Positions 15,418 through 25,353 of a DNA stretch of 42,302 nt are shown here, in pieces. The notes under the pieces were generated by a model. The model worked only from the letters and a program-made list of their open reading frames with translations, made no database searches and was not told the origin of the DNA. The translations under genes were made by a program, and so were the position numbers. Within the stretch, counting starts at the first letter, position 1; each line of letters opens with the position of its first letter. This stretch comes from a virus (taxonomy: Duplodnaviria; Caudoviricetes), in IMG/VR virus record IMGVR_UViG_3300037751_000271, positions 1 to 42,302 of that record; one strand, given 5' to 3'.

Positions 15418-16577
15418 GGTACCGGCACCTCAATACAGGGAATCGAGACGTTACTGACATCACCACCCAGGTGTCGGATCTCCACCCGGTCAGCATCAAA
15501 CCGGGAGCAGCGCAAGAAGCTGATCCGGTCGACCTCGGCCACGCTCAGAGCGGTGCCGAGCGCGCCGGCCAGGGTTAAACTGAGTGTGGGTAAACCACCG
15601 ACCAGGCTGCCGGCAGCGGCATTGGTCACCTGCACGTAATAATGGACGGCGGCGCTTGTGGTGATGTCGATATCAAACGCCGTCATGCCTAGATCGGCAA
15701 CGCCTGGCGGGGTGAAAATCGTGATGGCGGTATCCGTTGCGCCGATGTTGACGGCCAGGTCGAGATCTTCCGCCCAGGAGGAGGCCCAGAATGCTTTTTG
15801 CTTGCCCTTGCGGCTATGCAGCCACTTCCTGAACACGATCAGGCTGGCGCGATCGTCGAGCTCCCAGCTCAAGATGAACTTGTCATCCGGATAACTTCGG
15901 CCGCGCACCACGCTCGGAGTGCCTAAATCGTTATCGAGAACATCGTGTGGCCAGATCACGGATTCGCTCAGAGATCCGCGATTGGAGAGCGGCCGGTCCG
16001 GCACGATGTCGTGCCCCCGATATTGCGGATAACTGGAGGCACCAAGATCGACGTTGGCGGTGATCTCCATTTCCACGCCGCCGCTGGCGAGGTCGTTGGT
16101 CATGCGACGGATGGTCAAGCCTCTCGGGCAAAGCGCCGGGACCAAGGGATAGATGGTGGCCTTAATCATCACGCTGGAGACTTGCACCGCGACGATGCCG
16201 TTGGCGTCAAACGACTGGATCTCGATCTCCTGATATTGGAGCGGCGATTGCCACACGATCATCTTGCCGCCCACGGCCAGGCCCAGGTCTGCCGTGGGAA
16301 ACGCGATCGCAACGCCCATGCCCAGGGTGACGTTTTCCACATCGTTGCCCAGTGTCCAGTCCGGCACCAGAAAAGACTCGGCCTGACGCATCAGGATCCG
16401 GGCGTTTGAATAGGCCTTGCTGCTGAAAAAATGTTCCAGCGAATACGTGCGGCGGGGAGCGTCGCGCAATGCGATGCGCTGTTCGGCCGAGCGGGCCCGC
16501 AGCACGTCGGTCTTCCATTCCAGGGTTTCGATAAAGTCTGTCTCGGGCTTGAAGGGCCAGATCACATTCTCAGCCAT
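15414..16577 (-). CDS. distal tail protein
   Basis: ETLEWKTDVL..EQRIALRDAPRR; RKGKQKAFW; follows tape measure. Confidence 0.8.
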   Translation of the reverse strand: MAENVIWPFKPETDFIETLEWKTDVLRARSAEQRIALRDAPRRTYSLEHFFSSKAYSNARILMRQAESFLVPDWTLGNDVENVTLGMGVAIAFPTADLGLAVGGKMIVWQSPLQYQEIEIQSFDANGIVAVQVSSVMIKATIYPLVPALCPRGLTIRRMTNDLASGGVEMEITANVDLGASSYPQYRGHDIVPDRPLSNRGSLSESVIWPHDVLDNDLGTPSVVRGRSYPDDKFILSWELDDRASLIVFRKWLHSRKGKQKAFWASSWAEDLDLAVNIGATDTAITIFTPPGVADLGMTAFDIDITTSAAVHYYVQVTNAAAGSLVGGLPTLSLTLAGALGTALSVAEVDRISFLRCSRFDADRVEIRHLGGDVSNVSIPCIEVPVP

Positions 16578-16579
16578 GG

Positions 16580-18691
16580 TTAACCCACCGCCTGCTTGAT
16601 AATGCTCGGGTTGCGGCGGATGACGTTCATGATCTTGCGCTCGCCGGCGTCGCTGCCGAGATAATCGCCGACCACCCCGACATCAAACGCATTGATAATC
16701 CGGATGTTCTGCGGAGCCTGGGCGGTCGGTTGCTGCTGGCTGGCTTTCACATCGTCCAGTGTGCGGTCGAGCTTGGCTGATGTCTTCTCAGTAGTGACGC
16801 GCTCGCCTTTGTCTAGAAACCATGTGCCGGCTTTAGGAACGGAGTCGAGGCCATCGTGGGCCATGCCGGCCAGCATCAACGAAGACACGGTCAGCGCCAT
16901 CGGCTGGGTCGCGGCAATCGCGGCAGCGGCAGCGGCCGGGGCCGCCGCTGGGCCGACAATCGGAATCGCGGCGGTCGAGGAAAAGGCGTTCAGACCGGCC
17001 ATTGCCGACATTGCCTGGGCGTTGGCAGTCATGGTCGCAGCAGCGGATAACTGCGCGGTGGTGTCAGCGGTCTTCCTGACCATTTGCAACACCAGCCATT
17101 GCGCGGCCATCTGACCTATGGCGTTGACCATGGAGCGCGCCATACCCTGGGCCAGCATACCCACAGCGTCCTGCACCGAGGTGGCGTCAAAGATCATCTT
17201 CTCGAAGGCGCTGCCCATGTTGGCGCTGAAGTTTTCCGCGACGTTGGCTGTGAGCTGGTCGAAGTCGGTAAAGCTTTGTTCGGCCGAAGCCAGCCAGTTT
17301 TCCCAGAAGCCGCCGCCCATATCGACGCCGAGGACGCTATCGGCGAAATTCTGATACGCCTGGCCGTGCTGCGCCAGGCTCAGATCGCCGCGCGCCAGGG
17401 CTTCGTCGAGCTCCTTGCGATAATTCTGGATTTTCTCAGTGGGCGTTTCCAGCGACTCGATAACGGTCTGCGCCCAGCCGAGCTGACTGATACGGATGGC
17501 TTCGAGAGACGCCCTGAGTTTTTCTGCTTCCTGAGACTGTGCGCTCATCGCCTCAATGCGGGCGCGGAAGTTCTCCCCGGCCAATTTGTCAGCAGCTTCG
17601 GCGGCTTTGCGGATGGCCTCTTCATCGATACCCACAGGAACGACAGGGTCGGGAGCCGGTGTCTGAATGGCCCCGCCCAACTGCCGCGGCTTATCGTTCA
17701 CCAGAAACTGCCGCTTGAGCCGGATAACGTTCTTTTCAGCCAGCAACAACTGCGCATTGAGTTGTTCCAGAACCTTCGGCTGCGACGGCGAGGACGGGCT
17801 TTCCAGTTGCGTTATCGCGCTTCTGAGATTATCGACTTCAGATTGTGCGGTCTTGAGTTGCTCCTGCCAGCTTTCGATATCGCTCTGGAATCCGGTCCCC
17901 AAACCCACTTCCCCGAGCGAGGTCAGGTTGATGAGAAACTCGGTCAACGGGGGCAGGACTTTAATCAAGTTCTGCGTGAGCTGGTCAATCTGTGGTGCCA
18001 GTTCAATAACGGCTGCAGTCAGGCGAACATTGAGAGCCGTGGCCAGGGCAGAGAGTTGATCTTTTGCGCCTTCGGCCCCCTTAAGGAGATCGTCATCAAG
18101 AACAATGCCGAGGTCGCGGGCTTTCTTGCGCCAATCGTCAATGCCTTTGCCGCCGTCTTTGAGGGCGTTCGCCATGTCGACGCCAGCGGTGCGGCCGAAG
18201 CCAGCCGCCGCCAACGCGGCGCGGTCGGCATCGTTCTTTACGTTTCCCAGGGCTTTCAGGTAAATGTTGAGCGCGGCCTCGTTGGAGCCGACGCTGGTGA
18301 TGTTGTCGAGCAGCGCCTTGTCGTATCTGCCAAGAATCGTGGTCAGGGTACCGGCACCCAGCCGTGCTTCGCCGAGTTGCTTGGTAAAGGTTTTTAGCCC
18401 TTTGGCAACCGCTTCCTGGGTAATGTCAAACTTATCAAGCGCAAACACGAGCTCTTGATACGTGCCTGAGGCGATGTTCGCTTGTGCGGATTGCTTGGCG
18501 ATGGCGTCGGCGGTATCCAGCGAGCGCTTGGTGATTGCGACAAAAGCCCCCGCAGACATGGCAATGCCGAGCGCCCCAGCGGCCCGCTGCAAACCGCTCA
18601 TGCCGGCGCCCAACCGGCGCATCGAGCCTTCCGCGCTGCGCGAGTCGCCTTTAATGATCATTTCGACGATTTTGCGGGTGTTAGCTGCCAT
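16580..18691 (-). CDS. tape measure protein
   Basis: 703 aa Ala-rich helical; AAIPIVGPAAAPAAA and GMAHDGLDSVPKAGTWFLDKGERV C-terminal motifs. Confidence 0.93.
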   Translation of the reverse strand: MAANTRKIVEMIIKGDSRSAEGSMRRLGAGMSGLQRAAGALGIAMSAGAFVAITKRSLDTADAIAKQSAQANIASGTYQELVFALDKFDITQEAVAKGLKTFTKQLGEARLGAGTLTTILGRYDKALLDNITSVGSNEAALNIYLKALGNVKNDADRAALAAAGFGRTAGVDMANALKDGGKGIDDWRKKARDLGIVLDDDLLKGAEGAKDQLSALATALNVRLTAAVIELAPQIDQLTQNLIKVLPPLTEFLINLTSLGEVGLGTGFQSDIESWQEQLKTAQSEVDNLRSAITQLESPSSPSQPKVLEQLNAQLLLAEKNVIRLKRQFLVNDKPRQLGGAIQTPAPDPVVPVGIDEEAIRKAAEAADKLAGENFRARIEAMSAQSQEAEKLRASLEAIRISQLGWAQTVIESLETPTEKIQNYRKELDEALARGDLSLAQHGQAYQNFADSVLGVDMGGGFWENWLASAEQSFTDFDQLTANVAENFSANMGSAFEKMIFDATSVQDAVGMLAQGMARSMVNAIGQMAAQWLVLQMVRKTADTTAQLSAAATMTANAQAMSAMAGLNAFSSTAAIPIVGPAAAPAAAAAAIAATQPMALTVSSLMLAGMAHDGLDSVPKAGTWFLDKGERVTTEKTSAKLDRTLDDVKASQQQPTAQAPQNIRIINAFDVGVVGDYLGSDAGERKIMNVIRRNPSIIKQAVG

Positions 18692-18959
18692 TGCGATAGA
18701 CCTTGTCGAGTGCCTGAATCAGGCGGATGAAGGTTTCCGGCTCGGCCTCCGGAAACATCTCCAGGTAAGCCTTGATCTCGCTGATCGGGATGGCGGCCAT
18801 TCCGGAAAACCCAGGCGGGCGTGATCCCGACAACCTTAAAAACCCTTCCCAGTAACCGCGCAGCTCATCCCGAAAGACGGGCCGGTTACGCAGGGCCGGT
18901 GGATCGGCCCCTTCTGCTTTAAGCTGGTAGAGCCATTCGACCTTGTCGCCCCACTTCAT
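18681..18959 (-). CDS. tail chaperone gpT-like segment (-1 frameshift product)
   Basis: Frame is open upstream to the slippery site (K-LIESLRWE-MKWGDK); SRPPGFSGMAAIPISEIKAY motif. Confidence 0.8.
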   Translation of the reverse strand: MKWGDKVEWLYQLKAEGADPPALRNRPVFRDELRGYWEGFLRLSGSRPPGFSGMAAIPISEIKAYLEMFPEAEPETFIRLIQALDKVYRNGS

Positions 18960-18979
18960 CTCCCAGCGGAGCGACTCGA

Positions 18980-19393
18980 TCAGTTTTTTTCGGCGGCCTT
19001 GATTTGCTCGGCGCGAAACAGAGCGAGATTCTGCGCGGCCAGGGCGATGCGTTCGGCAAAGATGTGCAGTTGCGGATCGCCGACCAGCTCAAGGGCCGCT
19101 TCGGCTGAAAACGCCAGCGGCTGGTCCTGCTCGTCGGTGATCCCCTGCCAGTCGAGCAGCAGGCCGAAGGCCATGGCCTCTTCCAGAGCAACGCTCAACT
19201 CTTCTGTATTTAAAGCGCCCGGCGTGCCGCGTTGATCAGCCTGCTTCTGCAGCGCCGCGCGCAGGGCGGTTTTGTAGCGGCGCGATTCGCTCGACGCATG
19301 CTTGACGCGGATGCCCGCGCAGATATTGGACCAGACCCCCTCTTCCGAGAGGATCGGGTCGACACCTAGTATTTGATGCAGGTTGGTCTTCAT
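18980..19393 (-). CDS. tail assembly chaperone gpG-like
   Basis: EEGVW, LLDWQGITD motifs; between tail tube and tape measure. Confidence 0.85.
   Translation of the reverse strand: MKTNLHQILGVDPILSEEGVWSNICAGIRVKHASSESRRYKTALRAALQKQADQRGTPGALNTEELSVALEEAMAFGLLLDWQGITDEQDQPLAFSAEAALELVGDPQLHIFAERIALAAQNLALFRAEQIKAAEKN
18983..18989 (-). other. -1 ribosomal frameshift heptamer A AAA AAC
   Basis: GAA AAA AAC TGA at the end of gpG; -1 frame continues into the 18681-18959 ORF. Confidence 0.85.
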
Positions 19394-19404
19394 GTCAAAA
19401 ATCC

Positions 19405-20568
19405 TTAAGCCGCGAAGCGGTCGATCTGGATAGTGCAGGCGGTGGTCGCGTCGAGCAGCGCCTGGTAGTTCTGCGGCAGCATGACATCCTGGTTATTGCC
19501 GGGGGTCTGCGGATCGCCGCTGGAAAACTTGACTTTCGGCAGGGTGACGATATAGGCGTTGCCGGCGGCATCGACGACGCGGAAATCAATGCTGCTGGCG
19601 GTGTTGTTCAGGTACTTGTTGTACATGGTCTCATCCTCGAAATAGACTTCGAGAGAGCCGGTGACGTTGCACTGCCCGCCGGAGATGCCGACGTTGCCCA
19701 GCGCGCCGATGGCTTTTTTGCCGCGCAGGTTGTTGTCGAGGCTGATGGCCAGCGAGCGGGCATAGGTGCCGGAAAGCGCGGCGCCGTTTTCGCGGATGGT
19801 GGCGACGTTGGTGACGGCGTTCATGACATCGGTGGTGGTGGCCGGGTTGGCCGCGCCGGTGCCGACCGAAGCGTCACCCATGGCGGTGGCCGACTTGCCC
19901 TGAAAACCGATGGTGCCGGTGAGGATCTCGCTGGCGGCCAGGTTGAGCGCCAGAGTGGCCGGCAGCATGCCGGTGAACGCCAGATACTTTCCGATATCGG
20001 CAAACTTCTTTTCCAGCACGAAGCTGGTCTTGGTGCTGCCGTTGCGGATCATCGAGCCGCTCATGGTGATGGCGTCACCGGCGATCTCGTCGACCAGCAC
20101 GCCGCCGGAGACCACCAGTTTGCCTGCAGCCACCGAGACCACTTTGAAAAAGCCGTTGTTGGCGGCGGTGGTAAACCCGGCGACCTTGAGCCACTGGCCG
20201 ACGCTGATGTTCTCGACGGTAAAATCCTCGCCGACGGTGTTGAACGAGTTGTCGACGCTGGCGGCGGAGATGTCGCTGGCGGCCACGGCCACGGTGGTGG
20301 ACCAGGCGGCGGCCATCAGCACGGCGGCGAGCAACTCGTCGTAGGTGCCGTAAGACAACTCGAAGTTGATGTCACCACCCGGTTCGGCGTCGGTCTGGAT
20401 CAGGTCGCTGATCTGGCGATCGCTGCGGATCTCGTTGCTGGTGATGGTGGCGATGTTGAAGCCGAGGGTTTCCGAGGTCATACGCAGGGCGGTGAGGGCG
20501 TCTTCCGGAATAACGCCCCAGTTGGCTTCCTTGAGGGCATAAAGTTGAACCTGGCTGCTGTCGGACAT
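19405..20568 (-). CDS. major tail tube protein
   Basis: SNEIRSDRQ, GGDINFELS, SFVLEKKF, VTGSLEVYFED; AAGGAG SD. Confidence 0.9.
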   Translation of the reverse strand: MSDSSQVQLYALKEANWGVIPEDALTALRMTSETLGFNIATITSNEIRSDRQISDLIQTDAEPGGDINFELSYGTYDELLAAVLMAAAWSTTVAVAASDISAASVDNSFNTVGEDFTVENISVGQWLKVAGFTTAANNGFFKVVSVAAGKLVVSGGVLVDEIAGDAITMSGSMIRNGSTKTSFVLEKKFADIGKYLAFTGMLPATLALNLAASEILTGTIGFQGKSATAMGDASVGTGAANPATTTDVMNAVTNVATIRENGAALSGTYARSLAISLDNNLRGKKAIGALGNVGISGGQCNVTGSLEVYFEDETMYNKYLNNTASSIDFRVVDAAGNAYIVTLPKVKFSSGDPQTPGNNQDVMLPQNYQALLDATTACTIQIDRFAA

Positions 20569-20580
20569 GGCGATCTCCTT

Positions 20581-21045
20581 TTAGAGGCTGTATGGCAGAG
20601 TGCGATAATGCGCGATAAAGTTCACGGTGGCCACGGCCAGGCGTTTGTTCTCACGGGCCACTTCAATATCATGTCCAGTCAAACGCAGGCGATGCAGCAG
20701 CCCGGACAGGGTATAATTGCTGCCCAGGGCCTTGACCACATCGAGGGCGGCGGCATCCACGATCTCCGGTGAACTGTCACCGGCCATGGCGACGGTGATG
20801 GTGAGCGGCAGCAGATGTTCAAGCCGACCGATCTCAGCATCGCCGCCGGTCTCGGTAAAGCCATGGTCCACGTTGATTGCCGGCAGCTCGGCATCACCGA
20901 GCGGCGTATCGCGTTTTACGTCAACCGTGCCCGGGGTGAACGTGTAGACATGCGCCACGCCGTTAACCGTGACCGTGCCGCCGGTGGCTATGGCACGCAG
21001 CAGGGTTTCTGCGGCATCAACAATTTGCTGGCGGACTGAACTCAA
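20581..21045 (-). CDS. tail terminator / completion protein
   Basis: GGAGG SD + TTG 21045; SVRQQIV, ELPAINV, TLSGL motifs; directly upstream of tail tube. Confidence 0.7.
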   Translation of the reverse strand: MSSVRQQIVDAAETLLRAIATGGTVTVNGVAHVYTFTPGTVDVKRDTPLGDAELPAINVDHGFTETGGDAEIGRLEHLLPLTITVAMAGDSSPEIVDAAALDVVKALGSNYTLSGLLHRLRLTGHDIEVARENKRLAVATVNFIAHYRTLPYSL

Positions 21046-21083
21046 AAGCGGCCTCCATATTTGGCCTGTAAACAACGTTCTGC

Positions 21084-21500
21084 TTAGGGCGCGGTGTAAA
21101 CCATGCGCTGATTATCCGGGTGAGCACTGGCCTTGCCACCGATTCTGACCCCCTGGTAAACCCACCAGGCGCGAAGCTTAAACATGCCGGCGGCGATGCA
21201 CACCTCCTGCAGCAGACGATCGGCGGCGTCTTTCCAGCTACGGTCAAGCTTCCCCGTGCGCATGAGCTGATAAAGCGCGTCGTGAAACAGCGAGCCGCGC
21301 ATAAAACTTTTAGTGTCGATAGTGGGTCCGCTCGGTCCATCCCAGGCGTAGCCGTAGCTGATCAGCAGCTCGCCTCTGGGGGTCAGGATGATGTATTCGG
21401 TGACAATCGGCAGCGGCGGGTGGATGCGCGTCTGCACCTTAACGCCGTGATCCGCCAGCTGATACTTGTAATTGCCTTTGGTGTAGCGGATGACCTTCAT
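21084..21500 (-). CDS. DUF1353-like protein
   Basis: Likely start MKVIRY; GYAWDGPS, SLFHDALYQ, ADRLL, YQGVRIGG. Confidence 0.8.
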   Translation of the reverse strand: MKVIRYTKGNYKYQLADHGVKVQTRIHPPLPIVTEYIILTPRGELLISYGYAWDGPSGPTIDTKSFMRGSLFHDALYQLMRTGKLDRSWKDAADRLLQEVCIAAGMFKLRAWWVYQGVRIGGKASAHPDNQRMVYTAP

Positions 21501-21522
21501 CACGATATCCAGCTCCAAATGT

Positions 21523-21783
21523 TTATTCAACGACGATACTTCCATCAGGATCGCGCAGAACCTTGACGCTTTTGCCGGGACGAGCATATCTAGCATCGTC
21601 AACCTGGTAGCTCCACCCATCTTCAAAGTGGATGGTCGTTGTGTTCTTGTCGCTCACCTCAACTCGCTCCACCGTCCCTTCATGTAACGTTTCGTAACCA
21701 AGCATGATGTTTGCTACGTCGATGAATTCAGCACATCCAGACAGCAGGATGCAGATGATTACGGCCAACATCAGTTGCTTCAT
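21523..21783 (-). CDS. lipoprotein (possible lysis accessory)
   Basis: AAGGAG SD; lipobox LLSG-C. Confidence 0.7.
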   Translation of the reverse strand: MKQLMLAVIICILLSGCAEFIDVANIMLGYETLHEGTVERVEVSDKNTTTIHFEDGWSYQVDDARYARPGKSVKVLRDPDGSIVVE

Positions 21784-21875
21784 TTCAACGCTCCTTTTTC
21801 ATCTTCGATCATGTCAACCTCAAATCTCGCAAAGCTCCATTACGGAGTTGATATTAATGCTCCCAAGCTTTTTTG

Positions 21876-22457
21876 CTAACTCTGGCCAAGGTGATCCTCC
21901 CAGACACGGGTCAACCAGCCGCGCAAGTTCACGCGCTGGCCCGGGTCACGTTCGACTAAAGTGTGATAGTGCATATACTGCTGGCCGTTGAGCGACTTGA
22001 GCAGGTGCGTGTCGCCAAAGTTCGCGATCTGCACCAGGGTCTTGGCCACGGTCTTGGCGCCGATCACGCCGTCTTCGGCAAGAATGTCCTGGTCGGCAAA
22101 CAGGTTGACGGCCCGCTGCAGCCAGCGCGCGGCGGTGGTTTTGCCGCAGTTGACGCCGGAGTCGAACAGCTCGCAGGCGATGCGCACCGGAAATTTGTCG
22201 CAGCGCAGCTTGTCCCAGTATTCGACCCGGTAAAAGTTTTTCACCTGGCCCATCAGAAACGGGATCTTGGTCAGTTGACTGGGCTGGCCGCCGCGCTGCA
22301 GATGGCCATCGACCATGGCCCAGCCGGGCCACTCGGGATGATGCACCCGCGAGATGCCGCAGAAGGTTTCCCCGCCGCGGTCGCTCTTGCGCTTGCTGTG
22401 GCCGCCCTCGATGATCAGCAGCTGGTCGTAGGCGCGGTCAAACATAAGCGGCTCCAT
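21876..22457 (-). CDS. endolysin, glycoside hydrolase family 108
   Basis: EGG..DRGGET..GIS, FDSGVNCG, DGVIGAKT, RGWLTR. Confidence 0.93.
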   Translation of the reverse strand: MEPLMFDRAYDQLLIIEGGHSKRKSDRGGETFCGISRVHHPEWPGWAMVDGHLQRGGQPSQLTKIPFLMGQVKNFYRVEYWDKLRCDKFPVRIACELFDSGVNCGKTTAARWLQRAVNLFADQDILAEDGVIGAKTVAKTLVQIANFGDTHLLKSLNGQQYMHYHTLVERDPGQRVNLRGWLTRVWEDHLGQS

Positions 22458-22764
22458 TGCGGTTGGCTAAATCCTGCAAAGTCTTCTCGTCGACGCCGGC
22501 GCGCACGGCAAGCACCAGCACGATGCCGCGCAACATGTCGATGCTTTGACCCAACTGCCGCAGGCTCTCGCGCAGATCCGTGTCGGTGGTGCTGGCAGCA
22601 CCCTTGAGGTCGTTTTTGCACTCGCGACAATGCTCGGCGGTGATGTACTCGGTCTCGACCGTCCGTTTAAACAGCCTGGCCGTGGACAGCCGGATGAACT
22701 CGTAGGCAACCAGCAAGATAACGGCCGACATGGCAGTGTGAGCGGCGGGGAGCTGGTCGATCAC
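22438..22764 (-). CDS. putative holin / membrane-anchored lysis protein
   Basis: Single hydrophobic helix, CxxC, coiled coil; overlaps endolysin start. Confidence 0.55.
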   Translation of the reverse strand: MIDQLPAAHTAMSAVILLVAYEFIRLSTARLFKRTVETEYITAEHCRECKNDLKGAASTTDTDLRESLRQLGQSIDMLRGIVLVLAVRAGVDEKTLQDLANRNGAAYV

Positions 22765-22766
22765 GT

Positions 22767-23093
22767 TTAAACCTCCGTCAATTCGAGCAGGGTTAAGCCC
22801 CAGCCATCCGGGCGCGGCGAAACAATCAGGTACGCGGTTTCGGAATCATTTACCGGATTGGTGATGATTATTCTGGTCACCATGTTCTCGATGTGGACGT
22901 CAGCCAGGTCAGTGCTGATCGCCGTGGCCATCAGGGTGAGGCCGTCGAAGGTCTCTCCGCCGAGATCGATCACCTGGTGCGCAGAGTCAAACAGCACGCC
23001 GTTGGCCAAAGCCTCTAAACCAATGCGCGCGGGCACCGCGAGATCGGCAAAAATTGTGACGTGGTCGGTTGCGAGTTGGTCATCGAGAAGCAT
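22767..23093 (-). CDS. head-tail joining protein (lambda gpFII-like)
   Basis: GGAG SD at ATG 23093; C-terminal PDGWGLTLLEL. Confidence 0.7.
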   Translation of the reverse strand: MLLDDQLATDHVTIFADLAVPARIGLEALANGVLFDSAHQVIDLGGETFDGLTLMATAISTDLADVHIENMVTRIIITNPVNDSETAYLIVSPRPDGWGLTLLELTEV

Positions 23094-23123
23094 GGGGTCT
23101 CCGTGAGTTTCTGCTGCTTGAGA

Positions 23124-23152
23124 ATAGCGGCCAACGCCGTGTTGGCCGCTAT
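23124..23152 (-). other. 12-bp perfect hairpin downstream of the major capsid gene
   Basis: ATAGCGGCCAAC-gccgt-GTTGGCCGCTAT with no strong U-tract: likely mRNA-stabilising or partial terminator. Confidence 0.6.
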
Positions 23153-23178
23153 GGTTCAAACATCGGAAAAACCCGTTA

Positions 23179-24213
23179 TCAGGTCCGCTTGCCTTTGAAC
23201 AAGGCCTTGGGCCGAGTGCACAGCGGCAGCGGGTTGGATTGCGCTTCGAGATCAACGAACTTGTTGAAGCGCTCGTCGGTCGCCTGCTTCATGTATTTCG
23301 GCAGGCCGATGGTGTTGACGGTTTCCATGTAGTTGGCCGGGCCGTAGTAGAGCTTGAACAGGCCAGGCACGCCAACCGGGAAGATGTGGCATTTGTCGGT
23401 GTGAATAAAATCAACGCCGCCGATGCTGCCGCGATACTCTTCCCAGACGATCCCGCCAAACTGGAAGCGTTCAGCATAGTAGCCGCTACGCAGTTGACCA
23501 GCTTCCTGCTGCTGCAGGTAGCTGGCGCGCACCTCGGGATGCGCGATCAGATCATCGAAGAAGGCTGCACCACAGAAACAATGGGCAGAACGCACCGTGG
23601 CCGCACCCAGATTGACAGACATCGCGCGCAGAACAGCGGCGCATGCTTTACGCAGCGCACCAGCGGCCGGGTTGGCGTTGTCAAGATCAAAATCGACCTC
23701 ATTAGCCTGGCTGACGCCAAACTCGGTGAACAGGTTGTAGATGGTGGTGCTGCCGTCGGCATCGAGGATGATGCCTTTGATCGCCCCGAGCGCCAGGTGA
23801 TCGAGGGTGGCGTCGAGGCTCTGGCTCATGGTGACCATGCGGTTGTTAACGACGTTCTGCACGCCTTCGAGTTCGTTCTCGCTGCCGAAGGCGCGCACGT
23901 TCTGTACCTCGTCAGCGTTGACCCGGTCCTCGACCGGCAGGTGAGGGATCACCAGGCTGCGTGCCGAACGCTTGCTGGTCTGATTCTTCTTGCCGTCCGC
24001 GCCGCGGGGCTTGTTCTCGACCAGATAGATGATGCCGTCCTTCTCTTCGATCATGACCGAAGTGGTGGACACGCCCTGCTCCTGGAAGAGCGGCACGCCG
24101 CTGGAGTCCTTGAGGCTCATGACCTGACCGGGGATGTAAGGGACTTTGTTAATGGCGTCGGTCAGGCTTACAACCGAAAACGCATCGCTTCCAAAAATAT
24201 CAAGTGCTCCCAT
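23179..24213 (-). CDS. major capsid protein (lambda gpE family)
   Basis: FSVVSLTDAIN, VRAFGSE, GAIKGIILDADG, EAQSNPLPLCTRP. Confidence 0.93.
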   Translation of the reverse strand: MGALDIFGSDAFSVVSLTDAINKVPYIPGQVMSLKDSSGVPLFQEQGVSTTSVMIEEKDGIIYLVENKPRGADGKKNQTSKRSARSLVIPHLPVEDRVNADEVQNVRAFGSENELEGVQNVVNNRMVTMSQSLDATLDHLALGAIKGIILDADGSTTIYNLFTEFGVSQANEVDFDLDNANPAAGALRKACAAVLRAMSVNLGAATVRSAHCFCGAAFFDDLIAHPEVRASYLQQQEAGQLRSGYYAERFQFGGIVWEEYRGSIGGVDFIHTDKCHIFPVGVPGLFKLYYGPANYMETVNTIGLPKYMKQATDERFNKFVDLEAQSNPLPLCTRPKALFKGKRT

Positions 24214-24252
24214 TGTTCTGTACCTCCGTTGAAAAGGGTTGTCTGATCAGGA

Positions 24253-24897
24253 TCAGGTTCGGACCAGCAGGCCGAGGGCTTTCAGCTGGGCGATGGCTAT
24301 AAGCTTCTCGCCGGCGGTGATATCGCTCGGCCAGGTCAGCTCGTTGCCATTGAGCTCGGCATCACGAACCACGATCACCCCGGCGACATCAGCGGAGGTG
24401 GCGTCGTAATTGCCGTAGGCGACCCCTGCGGCCACTTCAGAACCGGTGACGCCGTCCTGATCGTAGGCGACATACTTGCCGGAGCCGGCGGCGACGGTGA
24501 TGACAATCTGGTCACCGGCAATAAAGTCGTTTTCTCCGTCGGCCAGGGTGAAGGCAAGCCCGCCACCGCTGAAGGCGGCAGCAACCGCACCGGCGCCAAC
24601 ATTGATACCGTCGGGATCTTCAACAATGAAGTCGCCGACGTTCGTGCCCGGCTCGATAATGGTCAGGCGGTAATCGCCGACCTTGGCGCCGGCGCTGACG
24701 GTGATTTCCCCCATCGCGCCGTCGCCGGTGCCAATCACTGCGCCAGCGGTTGCCGCGCCCTTGGTATCCAGGCCGAGCACTTGCCCGGCAACAACATTTT
24801 CTCCGGAGAGGATGGTGCCCTCATCTCGCGAGCGGGTTCCGTTCGCTTCGCTGTCGATAAATTCTCCGGGGTATTTCCCTTCAGTTAATGCGGTCAT
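24253..24897 (-). CDS. head decoration protein with inserted beta domain
   Basis: SEANGTRSRDE..GQVLG; VRDAELNGNELTWP..QLKALGLL. Confidence 0.85.
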   Translation of the reverse strand: MTALTEGKYPGEFIDSEANGTRSRDEGTILSGENVVAGQVLGLDTKGAATAGAVIGTGDGAMGEITVSAGAKVGDYRLTIIEPGTNVGDFIVEDPDGINVGAGAVAAAFSGGGLAFTLADGENDFIAGDQIVITVAAGSGKYVAYDQDGVTGSEVAAGVAYGNYDATSADVAGVIVVRDAELNGNELTWPSDITAGEKLIAIAQLKALGLLVRT

Positions 24898-24951
24898 GAT
24901 GTCCTCCGTAGTGGTTTAAAAACTGTTTGACAAACTGTTATTTGCAAGCCG

Positions 24952-25353
24952 TTACCTTCCGGACATCGCCTTCTGGCGGTTGGCATAAATGGCATTGGTA
25001 TCAATGCCGGTTTTTGCGGGACCGCCTGCGCCGACAACCGGACCGGCCCCTTTCGAAGACGCCGCGGTAATTGCGGCCAGCATCTGCTCCCGGGTTTGAC
25101 TGCCGGAGGCCGACAGGCCGAGAGCAGCAACCTGCTCGCCATCGAGGTTGGCGGCGACAATGGTCTGCAGCTTCTTGCCGGTATCCTCACCAACAGCGGC
25201 AGTGACCACGCCCATGACGCGGGTGGTTTCAGCGGTGACCGCCTCGCTGCGGGCCGTATCGGCAGCGACCTGGGTGATCATGCCTTTGCGGGCCTCGGTT
25301 TCGATCTGGGCGACCAGGTCGGGATTTTCTTCTCTGAGTTGTTCAATAGTCAT
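24952..25353 (-). CDS. in-frame internal start: Nu3-like scaffold
   Basis: AGGAG SD 9 nt before in-frame ATG (MTIEQLREENPDL), as in lambda C/Nu3. Confidence 0.6.
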   Translation of the reverse strand: MTIEQLREENPDLVAQIETEARKGMITQVAADTARSEAVTAETTRVMGVVTAAVGEDTGKKLQTIVAANLDGEQVAALGLSASGSQTREQMLAAITAASSKGAGPVVGAGGPAKTGIDTNAIYANRQKAMSGR

